Source: Opitutia bacterium (GTDB lineage: Bacteria > Verrucomicrobiota > Verrucomicrobiia > Opitutales > Opitutaceae). From it: a stretch of 64,000 bases of DNA. How positions within the stretch are numbered: the first letter of the stretch is position 1; each line of letters begins with the position of its first letter. A program made the translations under genes and the position numbers. Under the pieces are notes generated by a model that was not told the origin of the DNA, searched no databases, and was given only the letters and a program-made list of their open reading frames with translations. Location of the stretch: positions 6,294 to 70,293 of the forward strand of contig CANGCX010000005.1 of assembly GCA_947452315.1 (NCBI GenBank). The letters run 5' to 3'. Of the stretch, positions 12,106 to 20,477 are shown piece by piece.

Positions 12106-12181
12106 TATCGAGCCGGAGATCAAGCCTGGCTTCGCGGTGGGGTGCGCTTGATTCCCCTGCAGCTAATAAAAAAATGGGGGT

Positions 12182-12589
12182 TTAACCGTTTTTTAGCCAC
12201 TCAGCGAGGGTGGCTGGAAACGGGTGGCGTTCGCGCGTGGCTGAGGCGATACAGACGTGTTCGGTGCGGATACGGGCGGCGAGTTTCTCGGTAGGGCCGA
12301 TGCGGAAAAATTCGTAGCGCAGTTCAAAAGAGTGAGGGGTGAGCACGGTGGGAGTGACGGTGACGCGGAGTTTGTCGCCGCAAACAAGTGGGCGAAGGTA
12401 TTCAGCTTCGCTTTTGGCGATGGGTACCACTGTGCCGGTGTCGGAGAAGAAAGAGTGGAGCTTCATGCCGGCGGTGCCGAGTGCTTCTTCGTAGGCTTCG
12501 TGGGCGATGGCTAGGTAGTTGGCGAAGAAGACCACGCCGGCGGCGTCGGTGTCGGGAAAGTGGATCGTGCGGGTGTAGCAAAAAGGCAT
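12182..12589 (-). CDS. Hotdog-fold acyl-CoA thioesterase (4HBT/YbgC class), possibly 1,4-dihydroxy-2-naphthoyl-CoA hydrolase
   Basis: N-terminal motif RTIHFPDTDAAGVVFFANY is typical of 4HBT-type thioesterases. Proximity to menC/menE suggests a menaquinone role, which is inference. Confidence 0.6.
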   Translation of the reverse strand: MPFCYTRTIHFPDTDAAGVVFFANYLAIAHEAYEEALGTAGMKLHSFFSDTGTVVPIAKSEAEYLRPLVCGDKLRVTVTPTVLTPHSFELRYEFFRIGPTEKLAARIRTEHVCIASATRERHPFPATLAEWLKNG

Positions 12590-12639
12590 GCTTAGATTTT
12601 CGGTTTGGGATTTAGGAAAATCGATTTAATTTAATCGGT

Positions 12640-14472
12640 ATGACTAAAAACGAGATCGCCGACGTGTTGCTGGAGATCGCGGTGTTGTTGGAGTTGAAGG
12701 GTGAGAATCCTTTTAAGATTCGCGCGTATCAAAGCGGCGCGCGGGCCCTTGAGGCGATCGAGGAAGTTGAGTTGGAGCGGTTGATTCAGCAGGATACACT
12801 CGGGACGGTGAAAGGATTTGGTGAGGCGCTCGTGCAGAAAGTGACGGAGTTGCACACAACGGGTAGGTTGGAATTTTTCGAGAAATTGAAGGCCTCGGTG
12901 GAGCCGGGGCTAGTGGAGATGTTGGAAATTCCCGGTCTCGGGCCAAAGAAGATCAAGGCGCTCCACGACAAGCTTGGTATCGGGTCGATTGTGGCGTTGA
13001 GCGAGGCATGTGGGAAGGGACTGGTGGCGGAGCTCGAAGGCTTTGGTGAAAAGACGCAGGAAAAAATCTTGGCCGGAATCAAGAATCGCGAGGCATATGG
13101 TCGACGCCATTTGTGGTGGGACGCGCGGGCGGTAGCGGAACCAATCGTTTTGGGATTGAGGGCTTTGCCGGCAGTGAAGCGAGCGGAGGCGGCGGGAAGT
13201 TTGCGCCGTGGGCTCGATACGGTGGGCGACCTAGATTTCATTGTCGCGGCGGAGGATGTCGCCCCCGTGGTCGAGTGGTTTACTGCTATGACTGGCGTGA
13301 AAGAGGTGACGGCGAAGGGGGAAACGAAGGCGAGTGTGCGCTTCGATAGCGGCTTGCAGGCGGATTTGCGGATCGTCCCGGAGGATCAATTTGTTTTCGC
13401 GTTGCATCATTTTACGGGTTCGAAGGACCACAACGTGCAGCTGCGCCAACGGGCTCTGGCGCGCGGGTTGAGTCTGAGTGAGTGGGGCTTGGTGCCGGCG
13501 GAAGGGGAGGGCACGGCTAAAGCTAAGGCCGAAAATTTAAGTCTGCGCACGCGGGCGGATACGGAGGCTGATCTTTTTGCTGCGCTTGGTCTGGAGTTTA
13601 TCCCGCCAGAATTGCGTGAAGGCCTTGGGGAGATCGAGGCGGCCGAGATCCATCCTGACATTAAGTCTAAGGCTAAGACAGAGACGGCTAAGAATTCGGA
13701 CGGGTTACCGCGTTTGGTTCAATCGAGTGATCTGCGCGGGGCCTTTCACAATCATACGACTGCTTCTGATGGGCGCAACACCCTCATAGAGATGACTGAG
13801 GCAGCGGAGGCTCTTGGTTGGGAATATCTCGGGATTGCGGATCATTCGAAATCGAGTGTCCAAGCGAGGGGGCTCACGGAGGAGCGTTTGCTCAAGCAAA
13901 TCGAAGAAATCGCCGCGCTGAATCATTCGCGGCGATTTAAGACGCAGGTGTTCTCTGGTACGGAATGTGATATTTTGCCTGATGGTAGCCTCGACTTTGA
14001 CGCTGAGATATTGGCTCAACTCGATTACGTGGTGGTCTCGGTGCACAACGCCTTCACGCAGAATAAGGCCACAATGACGGCGCGCATCATCCGTGCGTTA
14101 GAAACGCCTTACGTCACGATGCTGGGTCATCTGACGGGGCGTTTGTTGTTACGGCGTGAAGGGTACTTGGTTGACGCGGAGAAGATCATCGATGCCGCAA
14201 TCGCTCAGGGAGTGGCTATCGAATTGAACGCGAGTCCCTGGCGCCTTGATATGGATTGGCGCCTCTGGCGCAAAGCCTCTGAGCGCGGATTGCGCTGTGT
14301 GATCAACCCCGACGCACACGATACGGAAGGGCTCACTCATGTGCGCGCGGGGATAAACGCCGCGCGCAAAGGTTGGCTAACTAAGAATGACGTATGGAAC
14401 ACTCGCTCCCTGGAAGAAATTAAAGCTTGGTTGCACCTGCAATCTAGCCGAGTGCAACGTAAAGCAACTTGA
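12640..14472 (+). CDS. polX: Family X DNA polymerase with C-terminal PHP phosphoesterase domain (PolX)
   Basis: N-terminal HhH region ([25 protein letters not shown]), the nucleotidyltransferase motif GSLRRG..TVGDLDF, and the PHP domain (HNHTTASDG ... HS ... INPDAH). Confidence 0.85.
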   Translation: MTKNEIADVLLEIAVLLELKGENPFKIRAYQSGARALEAIEEVELERLIQQDTLGTVKGFGEALVQKVTELHTTGRLEFFEKLKASVEPGLVEMLEIPGLGPKKIKALHDKLGIGSIVALSEACGKGLVAELEGFGEKTQEKILAGIKNREAYGRRHLWWDARAVAEPIVLGLRALPAVKRAEAAGSLRRGLDTVGDLDFIVAAEDVAPVVEWFTAMTGVKEVTAKGETKASVRFDSGLQADLRIVPEDQFVFALHHFTGSKDHNVQLRQRALARGLSLSEWGLVPAEGEGTAKAKAENLSLRTRADTEADLFAALGLEFIPPELREGLGEIEAAEIHPDIKSKAKTETAKNSDGLPRLVQSSDLRGAFHNHTTASDGRNTLIEMTEAAEALGWEYLGIADHSKSSVQARGLTEERLLKQIEEIAALNHSRRFKTQVFSGTECDILPDGSLDFDAEILAQLDYVVVSVHNAFTQNKATMTARIIRALETPYVTMLGHLTGRLLLRREGYLVDAEKIIDAAIAQGVAIELNASPWRLDMDWRLWRKASERGLRCVINPDAHDTEGLTHVRAGINAARKGWLTKNDVWNTRSLEEIKAWLHLQSSRVQRKAT

Positions 14473-14899
14473 GTGTTTTTTTTTGAAAAATGAACCGGAT
14501 TTACTGCATGGCAGATGGCACTCCGATGCATTGATGCTTCTTGGTTGAAAATTGGTCTACGTGTTCAACTAAATTCTCGGTAATGGTTTTCTTTTGTAAC
14601 CAAATAACAAATCTACGAATTTTAGGACAAACTAGGTTGACACGTAACTTTTCGTCGGGACAAGTTCGCCGCAAGTGCTTCTTAGACCCTCGCAAGATTT
14701 TTCCGTTTTAGCTGTTGTTTTTGACTCAATCGAGAACAGCCGTTTCTGGGCATGAATCCTGCAAAGCTTTCTTTTCATTTTAGTCTAAACAAACCTAAAC
14801 GTTCCCACTTAAGATAAACTCAACCTCACGGCGGATGCTGAGATAGTCCGATACGACTCCTCAAAACGCCCAACAAAAACTACTCATTTTTTTTATCCT

Positions 14900-15562
14900 A
14901 TGATCACCCAAAGTCTCACCCTCGCGTTTCTTCTTGGCGACATGACTCCGATGGAGCTCTTCAAGCACGGCGGCCCCATCATGTGGCCGATCTTGCTCGT
15001 TTCATTCTTGGGCATTACTGTCGTAGTGGAACGCATGCTGTTCATCATCCGTGAAAATGGCCGTCGCGAACCAGAAGTAGTCGAGAAGATGCTTGAGTGT
15101 GTTGAAAAAGGTGATGTCTCCGCTGCTCTCGCCCTCGGCAAGAAGAGCACCGACTCGGTCGCTCGTATCTTGGTCTACAGCCTCAATAACAAAGAATACT
15201 CGCTCGCGAACGCTTTCATCCGGGCTTCGAGCCAAGAGTTGACCCGTTTCTCCCAAGGTATGGCCACCCTCGACACCGTCATCACGGCTGCTCCTTTGCT
15301 CGGTCTTTTGGGTACCGTTACCGGCATGATGCGTACCTTCGGCAGCATGCAAGGTGACATCGGTGCAGCCGCTGGACAAATCACCGGTGGTGTCGCTGAA
15401 GCTCTTATCGCCACCGCTTGCGGTCTTTTCATCGCCATTCTCGGCCTCCTGCCTTTCAATTACATCAACGCCCGCACGGAGCAGGCTAAGCAGGAAATTT
15501 CCGACGCCTCCCACGCTTTGGAAATCTTCATCAAGAAGTCTGAATCGGTTTCCGGTCGCTAA
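14900..15562 (+). CDS. exbB: MotA/TolQ/ExbB proton-channel protein
   Basis: 220 aa with three TM segments. It has the typical GGPIMWPIL start and the conserved LGLLGTVTGM ... GGVAEALIATACGL core. Confidence 0.85.
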   Translation: MITQSLTLAFLLGDMTPMELFKHGGPIMWPILLVSFLGITVVVERMLFIIRENGRREPEVVEKMLECVEKGDVSAALALGKKSTDSVARILVYSLNNKEYSLANAFIRASSQELTRFSQGMATLDTVITAAPLLGLLGTVTGMMRTFGSMQGDIGAAAGQITGGVAEALIATACGLFIAILGLLPFNYINARTEQAKQEISDASHALEIFIKKSESVSGR

Positions 15563-15615
15563 GCGATAACCGGAAAGATACTTCCCTCTCATTATCGTCT
15601 CCAACTAGAAACTAT

Positions 15616-16047
15616 ATGGCCGGATCAAGCTCAGGCGGGGGTGGTGGTAAGAAGAAGGCGCGCATCGAGATCATTCCTTTGATCGATGTCGTCTTCTTCC
15701 TCCTAGCTACCTTTGTGTTGTTCACGCTCTCGTTGAACAAATCACAAGGTCTTAGCGTTTCCCTGCCTCAATCGGAGACGGGTGAGGCGCGGGATCCAAG
15801 TGGGACTGCCACCATCAGCGTGACGCAAGAGGGTACTATTGCATGGGATAAAGACCCCGTCACCTTGGATGAATTCCTTACTCGGCTCAAAGCCTTCCGT
15901 GCTGTGCACCTTGAGGATTCTAAAATTCTCATCAATGGTGACGAAAATGCTCCTTTCAATCAGGCTATCTACGTTTTTGACGAAGTACGTAAAGCTGGGA
16001 TTCAGAAAGTTTTGATTGAAACGCGAGTAAAGCCTGCGGGTTCCTAA
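15616..16047 (+). CDS. exbD: Biopolymer transport protein ExbD/TolR, paralogue 1
   Basis: The single TM has the essential Asp (IIPLIDVVFFLL). The periplasmic domain ends in V.I.GD...P......V.DE.RKAGI. Confidence 0.85.
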   Translation: MAGSSSGGGGGKKKARIEIIPLIDVVFFLLATFVLFTLSLNKSQGLSVSLPQSETGEARDPSGTATISVTQEGTIAWDKDPVTLDEFLTRLKAFRAVHLEDSKILINGDENAPFNQAIYVFDEVRKAGIQKVLIETRVKPAGS

Positions 16048-16080
16048 TTCGCCCGGTTTAAATTTAACCCAATTCTATTT

Positions 16081-16515
16081 ATGGCAGGTGGAGGCTCACA
16101 TCAACCCGACGACGGCAAAAAGAAAGCACGCATCGAGATCATTCCCTTGATCGACGTTGTGTTCTTCCTGTTGGCGACTTTCGTTCTTTTTACGCTCTCT
16201 CTTAACAAGATACAATCGCTGCCCTTGAATCTGCCCGTGGCCGCTCCTCCTGGTCCGACCAAACCTGATGACGATAGCGTCACCTTACAGGTATCCGATC
16301 AAGGCACATGCTACTGGAATAAAGAACTCATCACGGTTGCTGAAATCCGTCCACGTCTTGTCCAATATAAAACCCAAGTCAGCAACCCGCGGGTTCTGAT
16401 CGCCGGTGATGACAAGGCCCGATTTGGGACCGCTGTTTTAGCTTTAGATGAAGTAAGAAAAGCAGGTATCGCCCAGGTTTCCGTCGAGACGGTCGTTCGC
16501 GGTACCGGAAAGTAA
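16081..16515 (+). CDS. exbD: Biopolymer transport protein ExbD/TolR, paralogue 2
   Basis: Same architecture as paralogue 1. Residues KKKARIEIIPLIDVVFFLLATFVLFTLSLNK are identical to paralogue 1, and the rest has diverged. Confidence 0.85.
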   Translation: MAGGGSHQPDDGKKKARIEIIPLIDVVFFLLATFVLFTLSLNKIQSLPLNLPVAAPPGPTKPDDDSVTLQVSDQGTCYWNKELITVAEIRPRLVQYKTQVSNPRVLIAGDDKARFGTAVLALDEVRKAGIAQVSVETVVRGTGK

Positions 16516-16537
16516 ACCCACAACCGCCTACTTTATC

Positions 16538-17194
16538 ATGCGCCGCGATTTAATTATTGGTCTGCTTGTGTCCCTCGTCATTCACGGGGGCATTGCGTGG
16601 CTCGGTGAGATCAAACCGACCGTCACCAAGCAAAAGCCCAAGGAAGAAGTTCCAACCATCCAGTTGATGGAAATGCCCAAGATCGAGCCTGACGAGCCGG
16701 AAAAAGTCGATACCGATGAAGCTCCTCCGAAGCCGGTTGATTTTGCGCCTCCGATGCAGACGGATGTCCCTCAGATCGTCACGGACACTTCTTTCGTACA
16801 AAAACTCCAACCCCCTCCACCTGATGGTCTAACGATTAACAAGGGTGCGATTACTATTCCTCAAGGCCAAGTGGGTGGTTTAGGTAAAGGCATTGAAGTT
16901 TTCGACATCTCCAAACTTGATCAGGCTCCGGTCGCTAAATTTCAAGCCCGTCCGCAATATCCATTTGAAATGCGTCGTGCGGGCATCGCCGGCGAAGTCC
17001 TCGTGGATTTCATCGTAGATTCCAACGGTGATGTGCGTAACGCCTACGCCGCCCGTTCTTCTCAGCGTGAATTTGAATCTGCTGCGGTTCAGGCCGTCAG
17101 CAAATGGAAGTTCCGCCCCGGTAAAAAGGGTGGCAGAAACGTAAACACACACATGCAAGTTCCGATTGTGTTTACCCTCAACGAAGATTCCTAA
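16538..17194 (+). CDS. tonB: Energy transducer TonB
   Basis: N-terminal TM with an S...H motif (VSLVIHGG), a Pro/Glu/Lys-rich spacer, and a TonB C-terminal domain (PQYPFEMRRAGIAGEVLVDFIVDSNGDV ... KWKFRPG). Confidence 0.85.
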   Translation: MRRDLIIGLLVSLVIHGGIAWLGEIKPTVTKQKPKEEVPTIQLMEMPKIEPDEPEKVDTDEAPPKPVDFAPPMQTDVPQIVTDTSFVQKLQPPPPDGLTINKGAITIPQGQVGGLGKGIEVFDISKLDQAPVAKFQARPQYPFEMRRAGIAGEVLVDFIVDSNGDVRNAYAARSSQREFESAAVQAVSKWKFRPGKKGGRNVNTHMQVPIVFTLNEDS

Positions 17195-17231
17195 TCCGAG
17201 CGTTTTAGCGGTAACTACGCACCATTATCAT

Positions 17232-18620
17232 ATGTTTTCTTCCTTTCGAGTTCTCTTAGCTACCGCGTTTATCGGTATTGCTTTGGTCAACGCCCAATCC
17301 TTTGCCGCCGAAGAGCAGGGTCCTCCCGGACTAAATGAAAAGGTCAGCGAGGCTCTTCAGCAAAAGATGAAGCCGCAGTTGGATGCTAAGAATTGGGATG
17401 CCGCTTTGGCTGTGATCGATGGCATGTTGGCCACGGTGGATGCGAACAGCTACGACACCGCTTTCCTATCTGACATCAAAGCTAAGATTTACCTTCAGAA
17501 AAATGACTACGCTAAGGCCATCGCTCCGATGGAGACGACGCTGCGTCTCGCTGATAAGCATCCGAACTATTTCGACAAAAAAGCCCTCCTCGATACGATT
17601 TATTTCTTAGCCCAAATTTACTACCAAGAGGGTACCTCCAGCAAAGTTACCAGCGTTCAGCAGCAGTATTTCAACAAGTCCTCTACTTACATCAAGCGCT
17701 GGCTGCAAACATCCCCCAAGAAGAATCAAGAAGCTTCCTTGTTCTACGCCTCGATCCTTTACAACCAAGCCGTCGTTAATCCCGACAAGATTGATTTATC
17801 CTTGGTGAAAGCTTCCCGTAAGGAAGTAGAAGAGGGTCTCCTTTCGGCGCTCAAACCTAAGGAAGGATTTTACATGCTCCTTTTAGCTGCCATGCAGCAA
17901 GAGGCAGATATCGCGGGATCTGCTGAAGTTCTTGAGCAGATGGTTAAGATGAAGCCTGAGAACAAAACCTACTGGTTACAGTTGATGGCTACGTATCTCA
18001 ACATGGGCAGTGGCACGGAAAAAGATGAGAACAAAAACCGTGAAAATATCGCCCGTGCGATTAACACGATTGAGCGTGCTCAAGCACTCGGCCATCTCAA
18101 AACCCCTAAGGACAACTACAATTTAGTAACGATGTACTACAATGCCGGTCAATTCGGCAAAGCGACGGATCTATTGTACGGCGGCCTTAAATCGGGTGAA
18201 ATCGAATCCGATATCAAAAACTGGCAACTTTTGGCGTATTCTTACCAACAAGTTGGTCAAGACACCAAGGCGATCTCTATTTTGCAGGAAGCCTCAAAGC
18301 AGTTCAAGACCGGGCAACTAGATTTCCAGATCGGTCAAATTTACTCCTCAATGGATAACAAAACGCAGGAGGCGTATAATGCCTACGGCGCTGCGATTAA
18401 GAAAGGTGGTTTGGATAAACCGCACGCTGCTTATATGTTTCTCGCCTATACGGCCTTCGAATTGGAAAAATTTGATGATGCCTTAGACTCCATTTTGAAA
18501 GCTGAGAAAACCCCAGAAGGTGCTAAAGACGGACAATTGCTGCGTCTTAAAACCGCCATTCAAGAAGCCCTTAAAGAGCGTGAAGCAGCTAAAGCTGCTC
18601 TCGAAGTTAAAAAAATCTAA
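17232..18620 (+). CDS. Secreted tetratricopeptide-repeat protein (462 aa)
   Basis: Signal peptide (MFSSFRVLLATAFIGIALVNAQSFA) from the ATG at 17232. Multiple TPR-like A..Y/L..G....A helices follow. It is the fifth gene of the exbB operon. Confidence 0.7.
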   Translation: MFSSFRVLLATAFIGIALVNAQSFAAEEQGPPGLNEKVSEALQQKMKPQLDAKNWDAALAVIDGMLATVDANSYDTAFLSDIKAKIYLQKNDYAKAIAPMETTLRLADKHPNYFDKKALLDTIYFLAQIYYQEGTSSKVTSVQQQYFNKSSTYIKRWLQTSPKKNQEASLFYASILYNQAVVNPDKIDLSLVKASRKEVEEGLLSALKPKEGFYMLLLAAMQQEADIAGSAEVLEQMVKMKPENKTYWLQLMATYLNMGSGTEKDENKNRENIARAINTIERAQALGHLKTPKDNYNLVTMYYNAGQFGKATDLLYGGLKSGEIESDIKNWQLLAYSYQQVGQDTKAISILQEASKQFKTGQLDFQIGQIYSSMDNKTQEAYNAYGAAIKKGGLDKPHAAYMFLAYTAFELEKFDDALDSILKAEKTPEGAKDGQLLRLKTAIQEALKEREAAKAALEVKKI

Positions 18621-18638
18621 TTATCCCACCAATTTAAC

Positions 18639-19190
18639 ATGAAGAAAGCATACATTTACTTCGCTGCACCGTTTGTCGGGCTGATTATTTTCGGCGCCGT
18701 CTACTGGAATTTTAGCGCCAACTACGAACAAGTTGAAGCCGACAAGCTGGCTAAGATCAAAAAAGCCAAGCAAGAGAAACTCATGGAAGATGCGCGTTTG
18801 CGTGAAAAAGCCGTGAATGACGCGCTCGCCTCACAAGAGAAACGTAAGAAAGAAAAAGAGATCAAGGACGCGAAGGATCGTAAGGATGCCGAAGATCGTG
18901 AAAATGCGGTTCTAGCTCGTAACAAAGCTGCTCGTGACGCTGAAAAACTTCAAAAACAGGCCGATAAGCTGACCAAGGAGCTCGCTACCGCTAAAGAGGA
19001 AATCTCGAAGATTCAGGAAGATAAAAAGCGCCTAGCCGATGAAGCTGCTTTCTTGAAAACGTTCGTGGTTAAAGTTGAATCAAACGCAAAGGGTCTGAAC
19101 GCGGTTCTAGAAAAAATCGCGGCCGCAGATGCCGCTGCAGAAGCTGCGGCTAAAGCTGCTGCCGCCGCTGCTGCTGCTGCTAAGAAATAA
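18639..19190 (+). CDS. TM-anchored Lys/Glu/Ala-rich coiled-coil protein with poly-Ala tail (183 aa)
   Basis: One N-terminal TM (YIYFAAPFVGLIIFGAVYW), then ~150 aa of charged heptad-like sequence. The protein ends in AAKAAAAAAAAAKK. Confidence 0.6.
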   Translation: MKKAYIYFAAPFVGLIIFGAVYWNFSANYEQVEADKLAKIKKAKQEKLMEDARLREKAVNDALASQEKRKKEKEIKDAKDRKDAEDRENAVLARNKAARDAEKLQKQADKLTKELATAKEEISKIQEDKKRLADEAAFLKTFVVKVESNAKGLNAVLEKIAAADAAAEAAAKAAAAAAAAAKK

Positions 19191-19213
19191 AAACCTCTAA
19201 CTGAATTTTAATC

Positions 19214-19750
19214 ATGAAAAAATGGATGTATTTAATTGCCCCGACCGTGATGTTGGGAGCGTTTCTGTTTCTTTACGTAGCTGAATCCAAAGAAGCCGAA
19301 ATCAAGGAACAGGCTAAGGCTGCTGAGATTGCGAAGACCAAAGCTCAAGAAGCAGAAAAGAAAAAAATCGCTGAAGAAAAGGCCCGTTTAGATTCCGCGA
19401 AACGCGCTGCTGAACGCGCTGCTGAAGATGCGAAACGCGAAGCGGACAAAATCGCTAAGCGTGAAGCTGAATCAAAACGAATTCAGGATGAGACGGAGAA
19501 GTACTTGGCTGACGCTGCTGCCCAGTCAAAAAAGATCTCCGACTTAGAGCTCCAAGTCGAAGCTGCGCGTAAAGCAAAAGACCAGGCCAGTCGTGAATCC
19601 TTCGATCTGCTCAAACAGGTTGAGCGGGCCAAGGTAGAGCGTCGCAATGCTGAAATCGAGATTGCTCGCCTAACTGAAATGCTGGCGCGTCGGGCGAGTG
19701 ATAGTTCTATGACTCGTATGCCGACACCTCCTGCTCCCGCAGCGAAGTAA
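19214..19750 (+). CDS. TM-anchored Lys/Glu/Ala-rich coiled-coil protein, paralogous architecture (178 aa)
   Basis: One N-terminal TM (MYLIAPTVMLGAFLFLYV), a charged coiled-coil region, and a Pro-rich C-terminus (MPTPPAPAAK). Confidence 0.6.
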   Translation: MKKWMYLIAPTVMLGAFLFLYVAESKEAEIKEQAKAAEIAKTKAQEAEKKKIAEEKARLDSAKRAAERAAEDAKREADKIAKREAESKRIQDETEKYLADAAAQSKKISDLELQVEAARKAKDQASRESFDLLKQVERAKVERRNAEIEIARLTEMLARRASDSSMTRMPTPPAPAAK

Positions 19751-19766
19751 TTTCTTACTTACTACG

Positions 19767-19793
19767 AAACCGGAGTTAACCTCCGGTTTTTTT
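19767..19793 (+). terminator. Rho-independent terminator of the exbB operon
   Basis: AAACCGGAG-TTAAC-CTCCGGTTT hairpin followed by a T-run, 17 nt after the stop at 19750. Confidence 0.8.
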
Positions 19794-19842
19794 ATGCCCG
19801 GATTACTCAGGTCCAGAGCACCGAAAGTGAATGCATTTAAAG

Positions 19843-19916
19843 TGGCTGCCCGACTAGGACTCGAACCTAGACAAAGCGAGTCAGAGTCGCTTGTGCTACC
19901 ATTACACCATCAGGCA
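19843..19916 (-). tRNA. tRNA-Gln (anticodon CTG)
   Basis: A cloverleaf can be folded by hand. The acceptor stem is TGCCTGA/TCGGGCA with U1:A72, the anticodon arm is AGCGA-CTCTGAC-TCGCT, the T-arm is CTAGGTTCGAGTCCTAG, and CCA is encoded. Confidence 0.85.
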
Positions 19917-19957
19917 AAAATTTGATAAAATCCTGAGTTTTGAATGCTTAAATAAGC

Positions 19958-20032
19958 TGGAGCCGGCGATGGGATTCGAACCCGCAACCGCCTGTTTACA
20001 AAACAGGTGCTCTACCATTGAGCTACGCCGGC
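19958..20032 (-). tRNA. tRNA-Thr (anticodon TGT)
   Basis: Acceptor stem GCCGGCG/CGCCGGC, anticodon arm CCTGT-TTTGTAA-ACAGG, T-arm GCGGGTTCGAATCCCAT. CCA is encoded. Confidence 0.85.
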
Positions 20033-20069
20033 TTTGGATTGTCCAAAACTACTGAGATTATAAAAAACT

Positions 20070-20144
<75 letters not shown>

Positions 20145-20477
20145 GTGAGGTTTAGGAAAATCGCTTTCACCTTCCTAATGTCAACCCCGATTTGCTGGGC
20201 AAAACCTACATGATCAGGCGGAGTGATGTATGTACTGATTTTACCGATACATGATAATTTGAATACGAAAATCTAGCTGTGACGGGATCGTTGATGGTTG
20301 AACTCGCGCGAATCGTTTAGCGTGTGTTGTGCCGAGTCACATCTGTGCGAGTATAGAACAGCACTTTCCCTCGTAAAATCATAGGATTGATAGCTCGGAA
20401 ATGGGAGGTCCAAACAAACTGCGTAGAAATGAAAAATTTTGCGTGCCATTCATAAAAAAAGATGCCAATAATTTTTC

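Noticed and set aside
12622-12637. CGATT-TAATTT-AATCG inverted repeat directly before the polX start, considered as an operator.
   Set aside because: The arms are only 5 bp in an A/T-rich spacer. It bears no resemblance to the lexA-proximal repeats and most likely occurs by chance.
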